Shown here one piece after another: positions 13,991 through 27,230 of a stretch of 64,000 nucleotides of DNA. The notes beneath the pieces are model-generated. The model searched no databases and was not told the DNA's origin. It worked only from the letters and a program-made list of their open reading frames with translations. Position 1 is the first letter of the stretch; each line of letters begins with the position of its first letter. This stretch comes from the human T2T-CHM13v2.0 reference genome, Homo sapiens. The stretch lies in NCBI RefSeq assembly GCF_009914755.1, contig NC_060932.1; one strand, 5' to 3'. The translations under genes and the position numbers were made by a program.

Positions 13991-15163
13991 GGCACCTGCA
14001 ATGAGACAGAAATCAGATTGGAAACAGCCACCCCCATTTTCTGTTCTACATTGATCTTTGTCAAGACATTTGCTTTTTATTAACAATGAGTAAGAAAACA
14101 TAGCTTTGCAAAGACAATAATAGGATCTGAAGGAATGTAGCACAATGTAATATTGAAAATGTGAACTAACTCAAGCTAGTCTTTTGCAGGATGTCAAACA
14201 GATGTTGAGTAGCTCTGTGTTTCCCCTGAAAATTTAAAACATCATGAATAATCCTTGTGAATCTATTGTGGCACCATGGCATATCCTGAAGCACCTTTTG
14301 GGAGCCGTAGCTATTTTAAAGAAAATCAGATTATCATGAATATATGCTTTCACAAGCTTTAAAATATTTATTTATTTTTTGTTGCTATTTAGCAGCTCAT
14401 ACCAACTTGCCATGCAGTTTAAATGCACAAATCTATCGGTGTATATTATACATGCCTTTCTTTATTACAATATTAATTTCTACATGCATGAGCCTTGGGG
14501 GAAGCAAATTGCTACTGTCAGATGTTAGGTCAGAAAGCTGGACATTTCTTTTTATTCAGACAACTGTAAACAAGTAAAGCATTTTTCTTGGCTATACCTA
14601 GTAAAGATGGTCTAACAGGTTGTCATTTTTTTTTCTGTGACCAATTATTTTTAGATTTTAATTAGACAAATGATAGAGAATGGGTTAAGAGGAGTAAGGA
14701 GTAGAGTTACAGGTGTGTTTGATGTCTCACCTGTGAGTTCATATGCGCACACGAGCACATGCACACACACCTCTCAATCCTCTCCATTTGCAGCCAGCCT
14801 CTGTCAGAATGATGGTGACCTTACCCTGCTCTGTTCAGGGTAAGGCCTCTATCTTGCTGAGATGGAAAAACTTCAGCGATTGCTGCAGTAGAGGATTGAG
14901 GAGGCACCTTCTTTTCTCCCTGGCTTCCCTAAGCCATCTATTTTACTGGAGTCCCTGTAGGTCAGTCCTGAGGCAGGCATCTTCCTCGGCCACCTATCCC
15001 AGCAGAACCCCTGGGCTGTGACATGATTGTGAGCACATGCTTTTTGGCCATGTCTCTTCACTCTTTATTGTATAACTAATGAGGAGCCTGTGAAAAATGG
15101 GCATGTGTTCATTTACTTGCATTTATAGACACCTGCTCTGTCTAGTAGATATATAAGTAGTGG

Positions 15164-15279
15164 TAATATAATTCTTATACTCAGCATTAATGCAATTCAC
15201 CTGTTTGCAATCATAATTGAGGATAATATAATTTTTATACTTAGTATTAATGCAATTTACCTGTTTGCAACCATAATTG
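15164..15279. repeat. 60-bp tandem duplication, diverged
   Basis: TAATATAATT(C/T)TTATACT(C/T)AG(C/T)ATTAATGCAATT(C/T)ACCTGTTTGCAA(T/C)CATAATTG x2, period 60. Confidence 0.95.
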
Positions 15280-15436
15280 GCAGCATGGTAGCACGTCATT
15301 GGGAGCTGTAAGAAGATGAGCTTCAGCGTTCTAAACTACACTAGACAACATTACTGTCTAGGGGCTAATAAATAAGTGCACACTATAAGATAAGATAAAA
15401 ACAAATACTAATGTGTATATGAAACTCTAATAAGTA

Positions 15437-15891
15437 TGTTAACCTAGATTACAAACAGAGAGAGGCTTTCTAAAAGAAAAGATATTTATTTGGAATACAG
15501 CAATGTAATGGGAACACACATGCCATAGTAAACGATGTGCATATTCGGGGAGGCCAAGGAAGACAAAAGTTTTTAAAGGAAAAAATGAGGAGGACTCGAT
15601 AACTGTTTTGAAATCATTATCTTTGGCTACAAAGACCAAAGCCAAGAGGGATGAGTCTGAGGTTAGACAGGCAGATGCTGGGCAGATGTCCTTGCAGAAG
15701 GATCTTTTGTATAAGGTTGTGATGGCATTTGTGCAAAGTTATGGTTGTTGCAGACTCTTTCTCATTATCAAGCATATATGCATAAGAATCCTCTCTTCAT
15801 GGTCTTCCCTGGCTCTATTTGTCAGAGTTTTTTTTAACATTAATGACTTGTTAATGTTGATGACTTCTTTTTGATGCTGACAACTTTCACA
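15437..15891 (-). mobile_element. MER65-like ERV1 solo LTR
   Basis: Reverse complement starts TGTGAAAGTTGTCAGCATCAAAA...CTGACAAATAGAGCCAGGGAAGACCATGAAGAGAGG. TG...CA ends; flanks AGTA/AGGA. Confidence 0.8.
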
Positions 15892-15919
15892 AGGATAAAC
15901 ATTTCCTATGAGCTTTCTG

Positions 15920-16140
15920 TAATGCACAAGCAGTATTATTGGTAATTATGAATTCTAGAAACAAACAAATGCTAGACTAAGTGAAACTTAACAAGTTTCT
16001 CTGTTGCAGGAATTCTCTGAGCCTTTAATATGCTTATATGAATGGTTAAGCTTCCAAAGGGGGCCATAGAGTTCAGTATTTTCTAAACTTTATTTTAGAA
16101 ACTTTTACTTTCAAAAACAAACTGGGCTGATGTTCACAAA
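15920..16140. mobile_element. hAT-Charlie (Charlie4-like) fragment
   Basis: TGCAGGAATTCTCTGAGCCTTTAATATGCT...CAGTATTTTCTAAACTT. Confidence 0.55.
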
Positions 16141-16577
16141 TTATAAGGCAGGGTTCTTTTGTAGTCTAGCTATGATGTTAGGAACCAAATGTTAATACTT
16201 TCCCTGCTGTTCTTTCTCATTGTTGAAATGGAGATAATCACCCCTATCTGTCAAAGACTCAGGAAGCCTGTTGGTAAGTTGGGTTTGCATAAGCACATAA
16301 ACGCATTCTAAGTGTAAAGTATAACAATAGTTTTGAGCTGTACATCTCACACAGAATCCACTTTATAAAACATACTCATAGCTTTATAATCTGTAAACTT
16401 TGCTTGCAGATTGAAGACCAAATTTTCAAAGAGTAGCTTTTCATTTGCATCCTGAAGGACGTGCAGTGGCAAACATTGCATGTGCAGCTTGCTGGACTGG
16501 CAATTCTTACCAAGGCAGCTGAGAGCCACTGCTTACATCTAATGAAAAAAGACTCCTTAAAATTATCTCCAGTTATA

Positions 16578-16700
16578 TACCTAATGTAAATGACGAGTTA
16601 ATGGGTGCAGCACAGCAGCATGGCACATGTATACATATGTAACAAACCTTCACATTGTGCACATGTACCCTAGAACTTAAAGTATAATAAAAAAAATAAA
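16578..16700 (+). mobile_element. 5'-truncated young L1PA 3' end
   Basis: CCTAATGTAAATGACGAGTTAATGGGTGCAGCAC...CCTAGAACTTAAAGTATAATAAAA. Perfect 19-bp TSD AAAATTATCTCCAGTTATA (16559-16577 / 16701-16719). Confidence 0.95.
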
Positions 16701-17205
16701 AAAATTATCTCCAGTTATACAGTCTTAACCTTGAAAAATTTACCTATTAGCCAAATATTTGCATTCCTTTTCATTTGAGATATTTCATCAGAATGTCATT
16801 TAAACATTTAATGACTCACAATAGAAAATATCCAGAGTGTTACTGTTGGAATCAGATTTTGAAGCCTGCTCATGTAAAGGTCTAGGAGCTGAAAGAGCCC
16901 ATTTTACTGATGCATGTCCCACCTACAGGTTGCTGAGTAAACTCTGCTTAAGGATGGAGAAAAGAATGACTTAGGGTTTGAAACGTTTTAAGTGAGTAAG
17001 AACAACAGAATACCAGCATGTACGTATTTACAAGAAGGAACTCTGAAAGACACGAATTAAGAAACATTACCATTTAGTTTTTGAAACTGTGGTAAAATAT
17101 ACATAACACAAAATTTATTATTTTAACTATTTTTAAATGTACCGTTTAGTGGCATTAAGTACATTCACAATGTTGAGCAACCATTACCAATATCTAGATG
17201 CAGAA

Positions 17206-17289
17206 TTTTTTTTTGTTTGTTTGTTTTTTGAGACGGAATCTTGCCCTGTCGCCCACGCTGGAGTGCAGTGGTGCAATCTCTGCTCACTG
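17206..17289 (-). mobile_element. Severely 5'-truncated Alu
   Basis: Only the last ~60 nt of the right arm plus tail; TSD GATGCAGAATT. Confidence 0.9.
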
Positions 17290-17509
17290 GATGCAGAATT
17301 TTTTATTACTGCAAATGGAAACTTCTTACCCATTGAGCAATGACTCCCCTTTCCCTACTCCCTCAAGCTTTTGGTAACCTTTAGTCCTTTTTCTGTTTTT
17401 TCTGATTTTCTTGTTCTGGGTGTTTCAAATAAATGGAATTATACATTATGTGGCCCTTTGTGATTGGTTTCTTTCACTTAGCGTAATATTTTTTAAGGTT
17501 TGTCCATTA

Positions 17510-18473
17510 TGTTAGAAAAAACTCAAACTTTTTCCTCTGCTGTTACACCACAACAATCATCAACACAGAAGCCTAGGTGACCAAATCTGGGGGAGTTTCT
17601 CCCCACAAATCAAGCAATCAGTTATCTAGCAGACACCAGTAGGGTGTTCAGGTATCTTCCAATTCAATTCTGACACTATCTACCTGGAGATAGCCTCAGA
17701 GTCCACAGGTTGAGGAGGCGTCAGTCCTCCTGCCTCTCCACTTCAAGACATGTTGCAAGTCCAGGCATCTGCAACTTCTGACTGATTGGCTTTAAGTTGG
17801 GGTCTCACGGATCCTTCTTTGGGTTCGATTAATTTGCTGGAAAGGCTCACAGAACTCAGGGAAACACCTACTTAATGTTTACCGGCTTGTTACAAAGGAT
17901 ATTTTAAAGGATGCAAATAAATAGCCAGATGAAGAGCTACATAGGGTGAGGCCTGGAAGGGTCCCAAGCACAGAACTTCTGTCACTGTGGAGCTGGGGAG
18001 TGTCACCCTCCCCAGCACATTGATAAGTTCTTGTTCACTTTCTTCTAAACTGCCATATGTTGGGCTCTCTGGAAGCTCTCCAAATCCTGTCCTTTTAGGT
18101 TTATATGAATCTTTATTACATGAACACTACTGATTAAATCATTGGTCATTGGTGATCAAGTTACTTTCAGCCTCATTCCCCTCTCTGGAGGTTGGTAGGT
18201 GGTCTTAAAATTTCAGCCCTCTGGGCACCGAACTGGCTTCCCTGGCAACCAGCCCCACATCCTGTGGTTTCTAGGGGTTTTTCAAAAATCGCCTTATTAA
18301 CATAAGCTCAGATGTGTTGAAAGGGCTTGCTGTAAATCACAGAAGACTCTTTCACTTTTATCATTCAGGAGCTACTTTAGTAACTGAAGTCAAAGGGTCA
18401 AATACTTTATCAAAAGATATCCTTATTGCTTAAGTCACTTATGAAATGACAAGGCTTCCCAGAGCTGAGAGCC
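17510..18473 (-). mobile_element. MER21-family LTR
   Basis: AATTCAATTCTGACACTATCTACCTGGAGATAGC and GGGTTCGATTAATTTGCTGG..GGCTCACAGAACTCAGGGAAACA. Confidence 0.85.
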
Positions 18474-18997
18474 ATGGGTTGCTTTCACTTTTTGCTATTG
18501 TGAGTAGTGATGCTATGAACATTCTTGTATAAAATTTTGTTTGAACACCGGTTTTCAATCCTTTGGGTATGTACCTAGAAGTCAAATTGTCAGGTCTTGT
18601 GGTAATTCTATATGTGACTTGCTGAGAAATCACCGAACTTGTTTTGCACAGAGGCTGCTCTGTTTTACATTCCCATCAGCAAAGCATGAAGGTTTCAATT
18701 TTGCCACATTCTTGTCAACACTTGTTATTTTCTATTATTGTTATTACTATTATTACTATTTGGAAATAGCCATCCTAGTAGATGTGAAGTGGCCTCTCAT
18801 TGTGGTTTTGAATTGCATTCTCTATTGACAATTGTCACTGAGCACCTTTTCATGCACTGCTCATTTGTGTAACTTCTTCAGAGAAATGTGTATTCAAATA
18901 TTTTGTCCATTTTTAATTGGGTTGTTTGACTTCTGTTGCTGAGTCCATTTTATTTTTAAAAAAGAGAGATTTATTTGCCCATCTATTTTCGGATACT

Positions 18998-19474
18998 TTG
19001 GTAGGTGGAATGATCTCCTGAAGATGTCCAAGTTCAAATCCCCAAACCTGCAAGTATGATGCCTTACATGGAATAAGGGACTTTGCAGATGTGATTAAGT
19101 TAAAGATTTTGGGGTGAGAAGATTATCCTGGATTACCCGAGTAGGCCAAATGTAATCCCATGGATGCTTACGAGAGAGGCAGAAGTGTCAGAGTGAGATT
19201 ATGTGACAATGGAAACAGAGCTTGGAGTGAAGTGCTTTGAAAATACAGGAAGAGGCCACAAACCAGGTAGTCTCTAGAAGCTAGAAAAGGCAAAGAAATG
19301 GCTTCTCCCCTAGCACTTCCACTATGAAATGCAGCTCTGCCAACATGTAGATGTTAGCATAGTAAAACTCCTTTCTGACCGCTGACAGTCAGAACTGTAA
19401 AATTATAAATTGATATTGTTTTGAGCCATGGAATGTAGAGTAATTTGCTCCAACAGCAATCAGCAACTATCCAG
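18998..19474 (+). mobile_element. MLT1D-like MaLR solo LTR
   Basis: GGGACTTTGCAGATGTGATTAAGTTAAAGATTTTG...GATTATCCTGGATTA...CTAGAAGCTAGAAAAGGCAAAG. Confidence 0.85.
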
Positions 19475-19959
19475 TATTTTTGAAGACAAGACGTATATTT
19501 TGAAAGTGTAGTAAAAAATTTAAAGTTCTTTAGAAAGAGATGGGAGAAAGATTTGCACAGATTATGGTCCAAGGTAAATACACTGTAAGTCTACAAAACA
19601 CCTCCAGTGGACTCATGGTTATCCTGACCCTACAGATTCCTCTACTAGGCATTCTAATAGAAATGTATTCCTTAGATGCAGGATTTTTAAATAAAAATAT
19701 ACGTTTGTGGAGAAACAATAACTAGGAGGAAGGAAACCTATTAAGATAGGACTTTTAAATTTTCTTGTAAAATTACTTACTGCTCAGTAGAGGTCAGTAA
19801 TGGAACACGACAGAAAGAGATAAAAAAATGAAAACAATAAATGTGAAAAACCTGGAGACATTAATATTAAAGTTTATATGTATGAGTCTCAAAAAATCGA
19901 GTTAGAAATATGCCTTGTCTTAAACTACACATTCTTAAAATGCGTGTGCATTTGGTTTT

Positions 19960-20200
19960 TAAAAAGCCATCTTTATGGAAGCATAAGTTACTGTCAATAG
20001 AGTTACCTCTTTTAAGCAAACAATTCAGTGACTTCTGAGTAACATACACGTCCATGAAACCGCCCCCACAATCAAGGTATAGGACATTCCTATCACCTCC
20101 AAAGTTTCCTTGGGTCTCTTCTCAGGCAATGACTAATTTCTTGCCAGGACTATATGTTTGTTCTTTGGGAGTTTGTATAGATGCACATTAAACCTTTAAT
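19960..20200 (-). mobile_element. Old L1M 3' fragment
   Basis: ACAATCAAGGTATAGGACATTCCTATCACCTCCAAAGTTTCC. Confidence 0.6.
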
Positions 20201-20447
20201 TTTATATCTTAAATAATTTTAAATGTGATAGGAGAACCATCCATCAAACTATGACAAAAATCCTAGGTGAAATGTATCGTAATTTTAAAAATATTAATCC
20301 TCTGAATTATTACTTTAGGAATTTAAAAATATATATATATATTTGTCTTGCTGAAATAATTCTCTTAACTTAAAGTTGTTTTTCTCTTTTCAGTATTTCC
20401 TACTTTAAATTACCTATCTATAAAATAGCAAAAAAGTAAAATAATAG

Positions 20448-20760
<313 letters not shown>

Positions 20761-21934
20761 AGAAGTTCTATTAATATTTTAATGTGAAAAATTTCCTTGG
20801 TTGCTTTAGAATCAAGGTTGGTGCTTATTTTTCAAGCAAGCAGTCGTGGTTGTTTACAGAGCAAATGTGGATTACAGGTAAGCAGAATGGAACATTTTGG
20901 AATGATTCCCAGCTAAGGTACATGAAAATGATGTTTAAACAAGCCCTGCTATTTCCCAAGAGATATTGCTTAAAAGTTAAGACAAACAATCTAGTAACAG
21001 GCTAGATATGTGTTCTATCTTAGAAAGGCACTACACTGATCAAAAAGTACACTTTTAAAATTTGTACCCGTGTGTATGCACACATTTCCACTCCACATCT
21101 TCCAGCTGTAATACATCCTGAATATAGTAAATGCTAATGCTCCATTTAGCTGTTACTGGTTTCAGCAGTTTGAGGGCTATTACTGTTTAACCCGAGAAAG
21201 AGGTTATACAGTAATATGTATCATACATAGGGCTTAATTGTAAATACATTCTAATTTCTTTTCTAACATATGTGTTTTTATTCAAAGTTGTACATCTTTT
21301 ACCTCTGATTTGTTTGGGTCACCTTAACAAATGAATTACAGAAAAAAATATTAAAAAGTGTGCACTGTTAGACTTCAAACCACTTTACCACTATTTGGCC
21401 TTCTGTCATTCAGGATGCAGAAGGCAGGGTCAGCAGCTTTCCTAAGCTGACAACCATGAGTGCCAACAAAGCTCTACAAAGTAATCAGTAAAACACACCC
21501 AATTACCAGACCACAGAGAAGGGACTTTCCTATGCTTATCAAATAAACAGTGCTCAATCCTCTTGGACTTCCCTGAGAATCAGAGCTACTTTTCAGCAAA
21601 CTGACAGTTCTCAAAGGTAATCTGTAAATTCCAGCTTCTGAGAAAATGACCATTTCTGACATCAAACGTTGGAATGCTGAAGTTAAGAAAAGCAGTGAAA
21701 ATGGAAGCAATGGTTGAAATGGACCACTAAGACCCACGAATGATGGAAGTGTCAAGTAAAAAGTTGGCAATATTGAGTAAAAGCCTGGGCTGAATAATGC
21801 AGCATCAACTCAGTGCTACACGAGGGACACTAGAAATCTGCAGTGATGCTTGTGATGAGCTGGGTCTGCGTTCCTTCTGGGTGGTGGTCCTATTGTGTTA
21901 AACCACTGGAGCGGCTCTGTGGGGAGACTAGTGT

Positions 21935-22253
21935 GTGTGTAGATAGTCCATGATGGTCTGGATCTTTCGGCCTGAGAACCAGGAAGGCTGAGGGCAGGAA
22001 AATATTAATGTCCCAGCTGAAGCAGTGAGGTAAAGAGAGAATTCAACTTTCTTCCACCTTTCTGTTCTCATAAGGCCCTCTGTAGATTTGACAATGCCCA
22101 CCTACACTGGGGAGGGCCATCTGTGCTACTCAGCTCACCAATCTAAATGCTTATCTTGTCCAGAAGCACCCTCATAGACACAAGAACTAATGTTTTGGCA
22201 GCCATCTGAGTGTCCTTTAACCCAGTCAAGTGGACACATAAGATTAACCATCT
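21935..22253 (-). mobile_element. MLT2 (C/D-like) ERVL LTR fragment
   Basis: GGCCTGAGAACCAGG...ACACTGGGGAGGGCCATCTG...CCAGTCAAGTGGACACATAAGATTAACCATC. Confidence 0.85.
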
Positions 22254-22506
22254 CTGTGGATAATCCACATTTTTCCTCTCTTGTAGACTAGATGAAAGGG
22301 CCTTCTGTCATCACTAGAAATGGCACCATAGTCTGACCCAATGCAGGGGAAGGGGCAGGCTCTGACTAAACTGCTAGTGGGAAACCATCCAGTCCGCTGG
22401 ACTCTCAACACTGCAGCACTTCTGCTACTTTAGATGTTTCATTATGAAGTTTGTGGCATTTAATACCCCTCCAAGTACTTCCATGCACATCATTGGAGAT
22501 GGCGTA

Positions 22507-22587
22507 GTGAGGAAGTGATTTTCACTTTGTTTTACAGATCCCAGGGTGAGGGAGGGGTTTTCACTTTGTTCTACAGATCCCAGGGTT
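22507..22587. repeat. 39-bp tandem duplication
   Basis: GTGAGG..TTTTCACTTTGTT(T/C)TACAGATCCCAGG x2. Confidence 0.9.
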
Positions 22588-22734
22588 CTGTGGGGGATTT
22601 CTTAGCATCCACACACGACTTAAACCACACCAGCTGGGTTTGTCAATCTATTTCTTATGAAGCTGGGTACTCTTTAGATAAAAGGCTTTAACTGCTGAAA
22701 AAAAAGTTTAGAAAATATGAATAAAATGCCTTAA

Positions 22735-22935
22735 AAGCCTGTATTTTACTCCTGGCTTTACACTGTCTAGCCCTGTGGCCTTGGATGTTTAACTCATCTA
22801 AACTTTAAATTATCTAACTATAAAAGAAGAGTAGTAACATCTCACAGGGCTCTTAAGAGAACAAAAGTTCATAAACATAAAACTTTTATTGGAATGCCTG
22901 ACACTTAGTGCTCAAAACACAGTGGTGGTTGTTAA
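22735..22935 (+). mobile_element. MIR
   Basis: CTGTGGCCTTGG...ATCTCACAGGG...TGCCTGACACTTAGTGCTCAA. Confidence 0.6.
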
Positions 22936-25384
22936 TACTATTGTAATTTTATCAGATCTAGAAGTTTAGGAAGAGTCTGGAGTGGTCTTCAGCATTATGA
23001 GGTCATAGTTATCCTTGTGTCCAGCTTTAGCATAGAGCAGAGTCTGCTCCTTAATGCATCCCTGGATCATAGCAGACTCTGCCTATAGAGGCCTGGGGTC
23101 CCTTTGGCAGCACTTTTCTCAAGAAAGTAGAGTCGTGGACAACCAACTGCACAGGTTGGGAGGTAAGAACTTTTTTTTTTTTGTATTGAGAGTAAGCTCT
23201 GGGGTAACATAATGGTGTAGTTTGCTTTAGATACTTATCTTTTTAATAAACTAAGCTGGGTGAGCAAGTGTTTTGGAAAAATATCTTAGGATCCTGAGAG
23301 AGCTAAAAAAGCCATGGAGAAATCATTACAGGATGCATTTTAGTTTTGTGAATTATATTTAACACAAACTGATTAGTTCATAAAATGATTTACAGATGCA
23401 ATAATAGCTACCATATTTTATCACTTTACTTGCATTTTTAAATTCCCATTCCCATAACACATTGCAAGGTAACATTGTAAATATGAAAACACTGCCCTAT
23501 AATCAGAAGCAGAAGGTGAATGAGGACCCAAGTCTTTCTGACTCTAAAACTCATGCAATTTTTGCTTTACCCCACCTATAGTATCCCAGAAAATGTCAAC
23601 ATCCTGGAGGATGGGAGCCCCTTTTTGGGGATAGATGCTCCAGGTGTATCTGCTTAGGTGGGACTTACACTTCACTTTCCCTGGTGCCTTGCCCCAGTGC
23701 CTCCTCTTCACAGCAGATTTGATCAAATATGGGCATCAGACAGGTAGAGATCACAGCATCTTCCTCTGTGCCAATCTTGGGACTATGAAAGAGAGAGAAA
23801 CTCACCTTTCTCATTTTCTCCCACCCATTCCTCCCCTACCTAGTCCTTAATTATAGCACAATCAGACATACTTTTACAGAGAACACCAAAATTTAGAGCC
23901 AAGGAAATATGTTTATACTGGCACCATCCCTGTGGCTTATCCCTGCAGGTGTCCTCATAAGGATTGTTATTTATTTAATATTATAATGTCAAAATTTAAA
24001 CTACAAGGAGATGTGCACTCTCCTAGAAGCACTTAGATTTGGTGAATATTGAGCCACATCCTTTCCTTTGTTGTTGGCACAGAGGCACGATATCTCTGTA
24101 GGAAGATAATTGCCAATGAGTGAGTCATTTTTTTTCTAGGAAAACTTACAGCCTCCATCACTCTTCAGGAGAGTGGCAGTCAAGGAGTAAGACTCAAGGA
24201 AAGGTCAGTGCTTGGTTCAGAGCCTAAATCTTTACCTTGGGTTGCAAGTGAACATTTGGGAAGAGCCCATGGCCTGGAGAGAGAGCTAGTGGCCAGGAAG
24301 AGCAAACAAATGGATTGCCACTGCCACCTGCCACATTGGGCTGCCACTGGCAGAGCTGCTGAGTCTGCAGGTGCAGTGATTATGCTGTGAAAGATTCAAA
24401 TAGGACAACCCTATGTAGCAGTGGCCAGGGGGCAGGTGAGTGGTGTAACTCTGGAAGGGGTTCTTGTTATTTTCAGCTGGGATTCCAACAAGATAATGAC
24501 TGTTGGTACTAAAAAGAGCTTGAAACAATTATCTTTCCAGAGTTTTCCTAGAAAACTAATGAGCACACAATGTCACCATAGAAAACTCTAGACCCAGGTC
24601 AAAAGGCATTTGGCTTGTAACTATCACTACAGAACCAAGTAAACAGTCAAGAATAATAAATGCCTGGAATAATAAATAGCAGCATAATCAATTGGTAAAA
24701 AGCTTCCTGAAAAATCACTGTTGAGCATTTGCAGATATAAAGGTTAAGAATTTAGTACAAATAATAGTAAAGTCCCCAAGGGAACATAGAAAGAGGGGAT
24801 AGCTTTGTGTTCAAGATCATGTTTCACAATTATTTTTCCACTAGGTGAGTTATCATTATCCACAGCTCATTTTTCTTCTTTCTTCCTTCAAAATATCCCA
24901 AGTTAACATATTCATATGAGCCCCCTTCTTGAAGAGCCAGGGTCCTGGGCATTGTGTGTCCCAGGGATCTGGTCAGGTTCAATGGGAAGTTTCAAAGTTT
25001 CGATGGGTGTGTATGAAGAGGGCCAGTCCTCCATGGCCTGCACTTTCTGGAGCCCAGGAGGGTGACATAAATGGGAGGTCCATAGGGAGAAATTTCAGAT
25101 GAAAATCAGGTAGATCATGGAACAGTTGGCTTGAGACAGCCAGACAGAGTGGGAGGATCCAGGTTCAAGGAAAAGGTACAGAATTTTAGGAAAATGGATG
25201 AGAGCAAGTGGATTGTGAGCAGTGGCTGGTTGGGAGAGCCTGATGAATGTTCTGAACCTAACACAGTAGCCGCATCCTACTCACAAGGACACTGGGCTTC
25301 AGGCATTTGTGGTGGGAGGAGAGGTACTGGCAACCTGGACACGATAGAGTGTTTCAGTGCTCCATTGCTGGGTGTCTGCCCTCT

Positions 25385-25847
25385 GACAAGGCAACAGTGG
25401 TTTACTCTTTCTCATAATTCTGTGGGTTTGCACTCTAAGTGGTTCTTCTGCATATCATGAATGGCTTGACTGGAGCTGGTGGCCAGGCTGGCCTCACTTA
25501 CATGCCTGACAGTTGGTACCGGCTGTTGACTATGGCACTTTGTTCTCCCCATGAGGCCTCCCATCCTCCACTAGGCTAGAGTCAGCTTCTCCACAATGTA
25601 CTGGTAGCAGGCTTCCAGGAGAGCAAGAGCAGAATCTGCCAAATCTTTGAAGGACTAGGCTTTGTGATTTATAGGATGCCTTATTTTATGTTCTGTTGGC
25701 CAAATAAATTTGGAGTCAGGGCAGATTCAAGGCAGCAGAGCAATAGACTACCTTTTGATGGGAAGAAGAGCAACCACACATTGTGAAAGAGTGTGGACAT
25801 GGGGAGGTCTGATTCATTGGGGATCCTCATTGTAACACTTTAACACA
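25385..25847 (-). mobile_element. Old MLT1 (J/K-like) MaLR LTR
   Basis: GGCCTCACTTACATGCCTGACAGTTGG...CAGATTCAAGG...CCTTTTGATGGGAAGAAGAGCAA. Confidence 0.7.
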
Positions 25848-25954
25848 GGGAATATTTTTCTTAACATGGCTTATCTCTTTTGGGGTATGCATTATGTTAC
25901 ATAGATTATCCTGGTCCTTTATGCTTATTTTTGATGTCACATAGGCCTTTCAAA

Positions 25955-26050
25955 ATTTATTCAGTAAGCATTTATTAGGCACCTGTTATTTTCTTGGCAG
26001 TGTGCTAGATTCTGGGGATATTATGGTGACCAAGATTATAGGTAATCTTA
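25955..26050 (-). mobile_element. L2 3' end
   Basis: ATTCAGTAAGCATTTATTAGGCACCTG...GTGCTAGATTCTGGGGATA. Confidence 0.65.
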
Positions 26051-26623
26051 AAGGAATTTTCTTTTTATTTCCTATAAAATCAGGTAAACAGTGAGTCTAT
26101 GGGTGGGGTAGGAAGGGGGAGAAATACAACAGGATATAACAGGATAGAAGGGTGGCAGTAGAAAGCTAGCAACATGGTAAAGTTGGTTGGAAGAAGCAGG
26201 ATTATATTCTCTGATGTTTTCAAAAGCTACCAATAAGGGATGATTTCATTGTTCTAGACATAAAATTAATTTTTCTTTTTTTTTCAGGAATAATCTGAGT
26301 TTAAAGAAAGGAGGAGTCAGTGCTGGGATTTCTTGGTTCTAGTGGAAAGTAGTTTTTTAAAATTTAATTGACAAAAGTTATATATATTCAGGTACACGAT
26401 GTGATGATTTGATATACATGTACCTGTATAATGATAGCCACAACCATTAATTAATGTAACCATCACCACCTATAGTTACCCTTTTCTATGCGTGTGTGTG
26501 TGTGTATACGTGCATGCAGTGAGGACACTTAAAATCTACTCTTACAAATTTCAAGTAAACAAGGCAGTATTATTTACTGTAGTTCCCAGATTGTACATTA
26601 GATTTCCAGAACTTATTCATCTT

Positions 26624-26904
26624 TCTTTTTTTTTTTTTTTTTTTTTTGAGACAGAGTCTCACTCTGTCATCTAGGCTGGAGTGCAGTGGTGCAAGCTCGG
26701 CTCACTGCAACCTCCATCTCTGGGGTTCAAGCAATTCTCCTGCACAGGCACGTGCCACCACGCCCGGCTAATTTTTTTGTATTTTTAGTAGAGACTGGGT
26801 TTCACCATGTTAGCCAGGATGGTCTCCATCTTCTGACCTTGTGATCTGCCCGCCTTGGCCTCCCAAAGTGCTGGGATTACAGGCGTGAGCCACTGCGCCC
26901 AGCC
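26624..26904 (-). mobile_element. AluS (Sc-like) with a short internal deletion
   Basis: GTTAGCCAGGATGGTCTC; 16-bp TSD AGAACTTATTCATCTT. Confidence 0.95.
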
Positions 26905-27230
26905 AGAACTTATTCATCTTATAACAAACTTTGTACCCTTTGACCAACATCTCTCCATTTCCCCTATCCCTGAGCCCCTGACAACCACCATTCTACTCTC
27001 TGCTTCTCTGAGTTCAACTTTTTTAGATTCCACACATAAGTGATATCATATAGTATTTCCACATATAAATGAGACCATATAGCATTTTTTTCTGTGACTT
27101 TTTTATCCCAATTACCATAAATGTCCCCAAGTTTCATCCACGTTGTTGCAAATGACAGGATTTTCTTCCTTTTTATGGTCCAGTAATATTCTACAGTTTC
27201 TTCATCCATTTATAAATTCATGAACATTTA

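Larger units (their letters stand above)
17075..18950 (-). mobile_element. L1MB-like 3' end interrupted by an Alu fragment and a MER21 LTR
   Basis: GTGGTAAAATATACATAACA..GGCATTAAGTACATTCAC; resumes at ~18475 with TTGCTATTGTGAGTAGTG. Confidence 0.85.

Noticed and set aside
15164-15279. Repeats as a CRISPR-like array
   Set aside because: Only two abutting copies, no spacers, eukaryotic context
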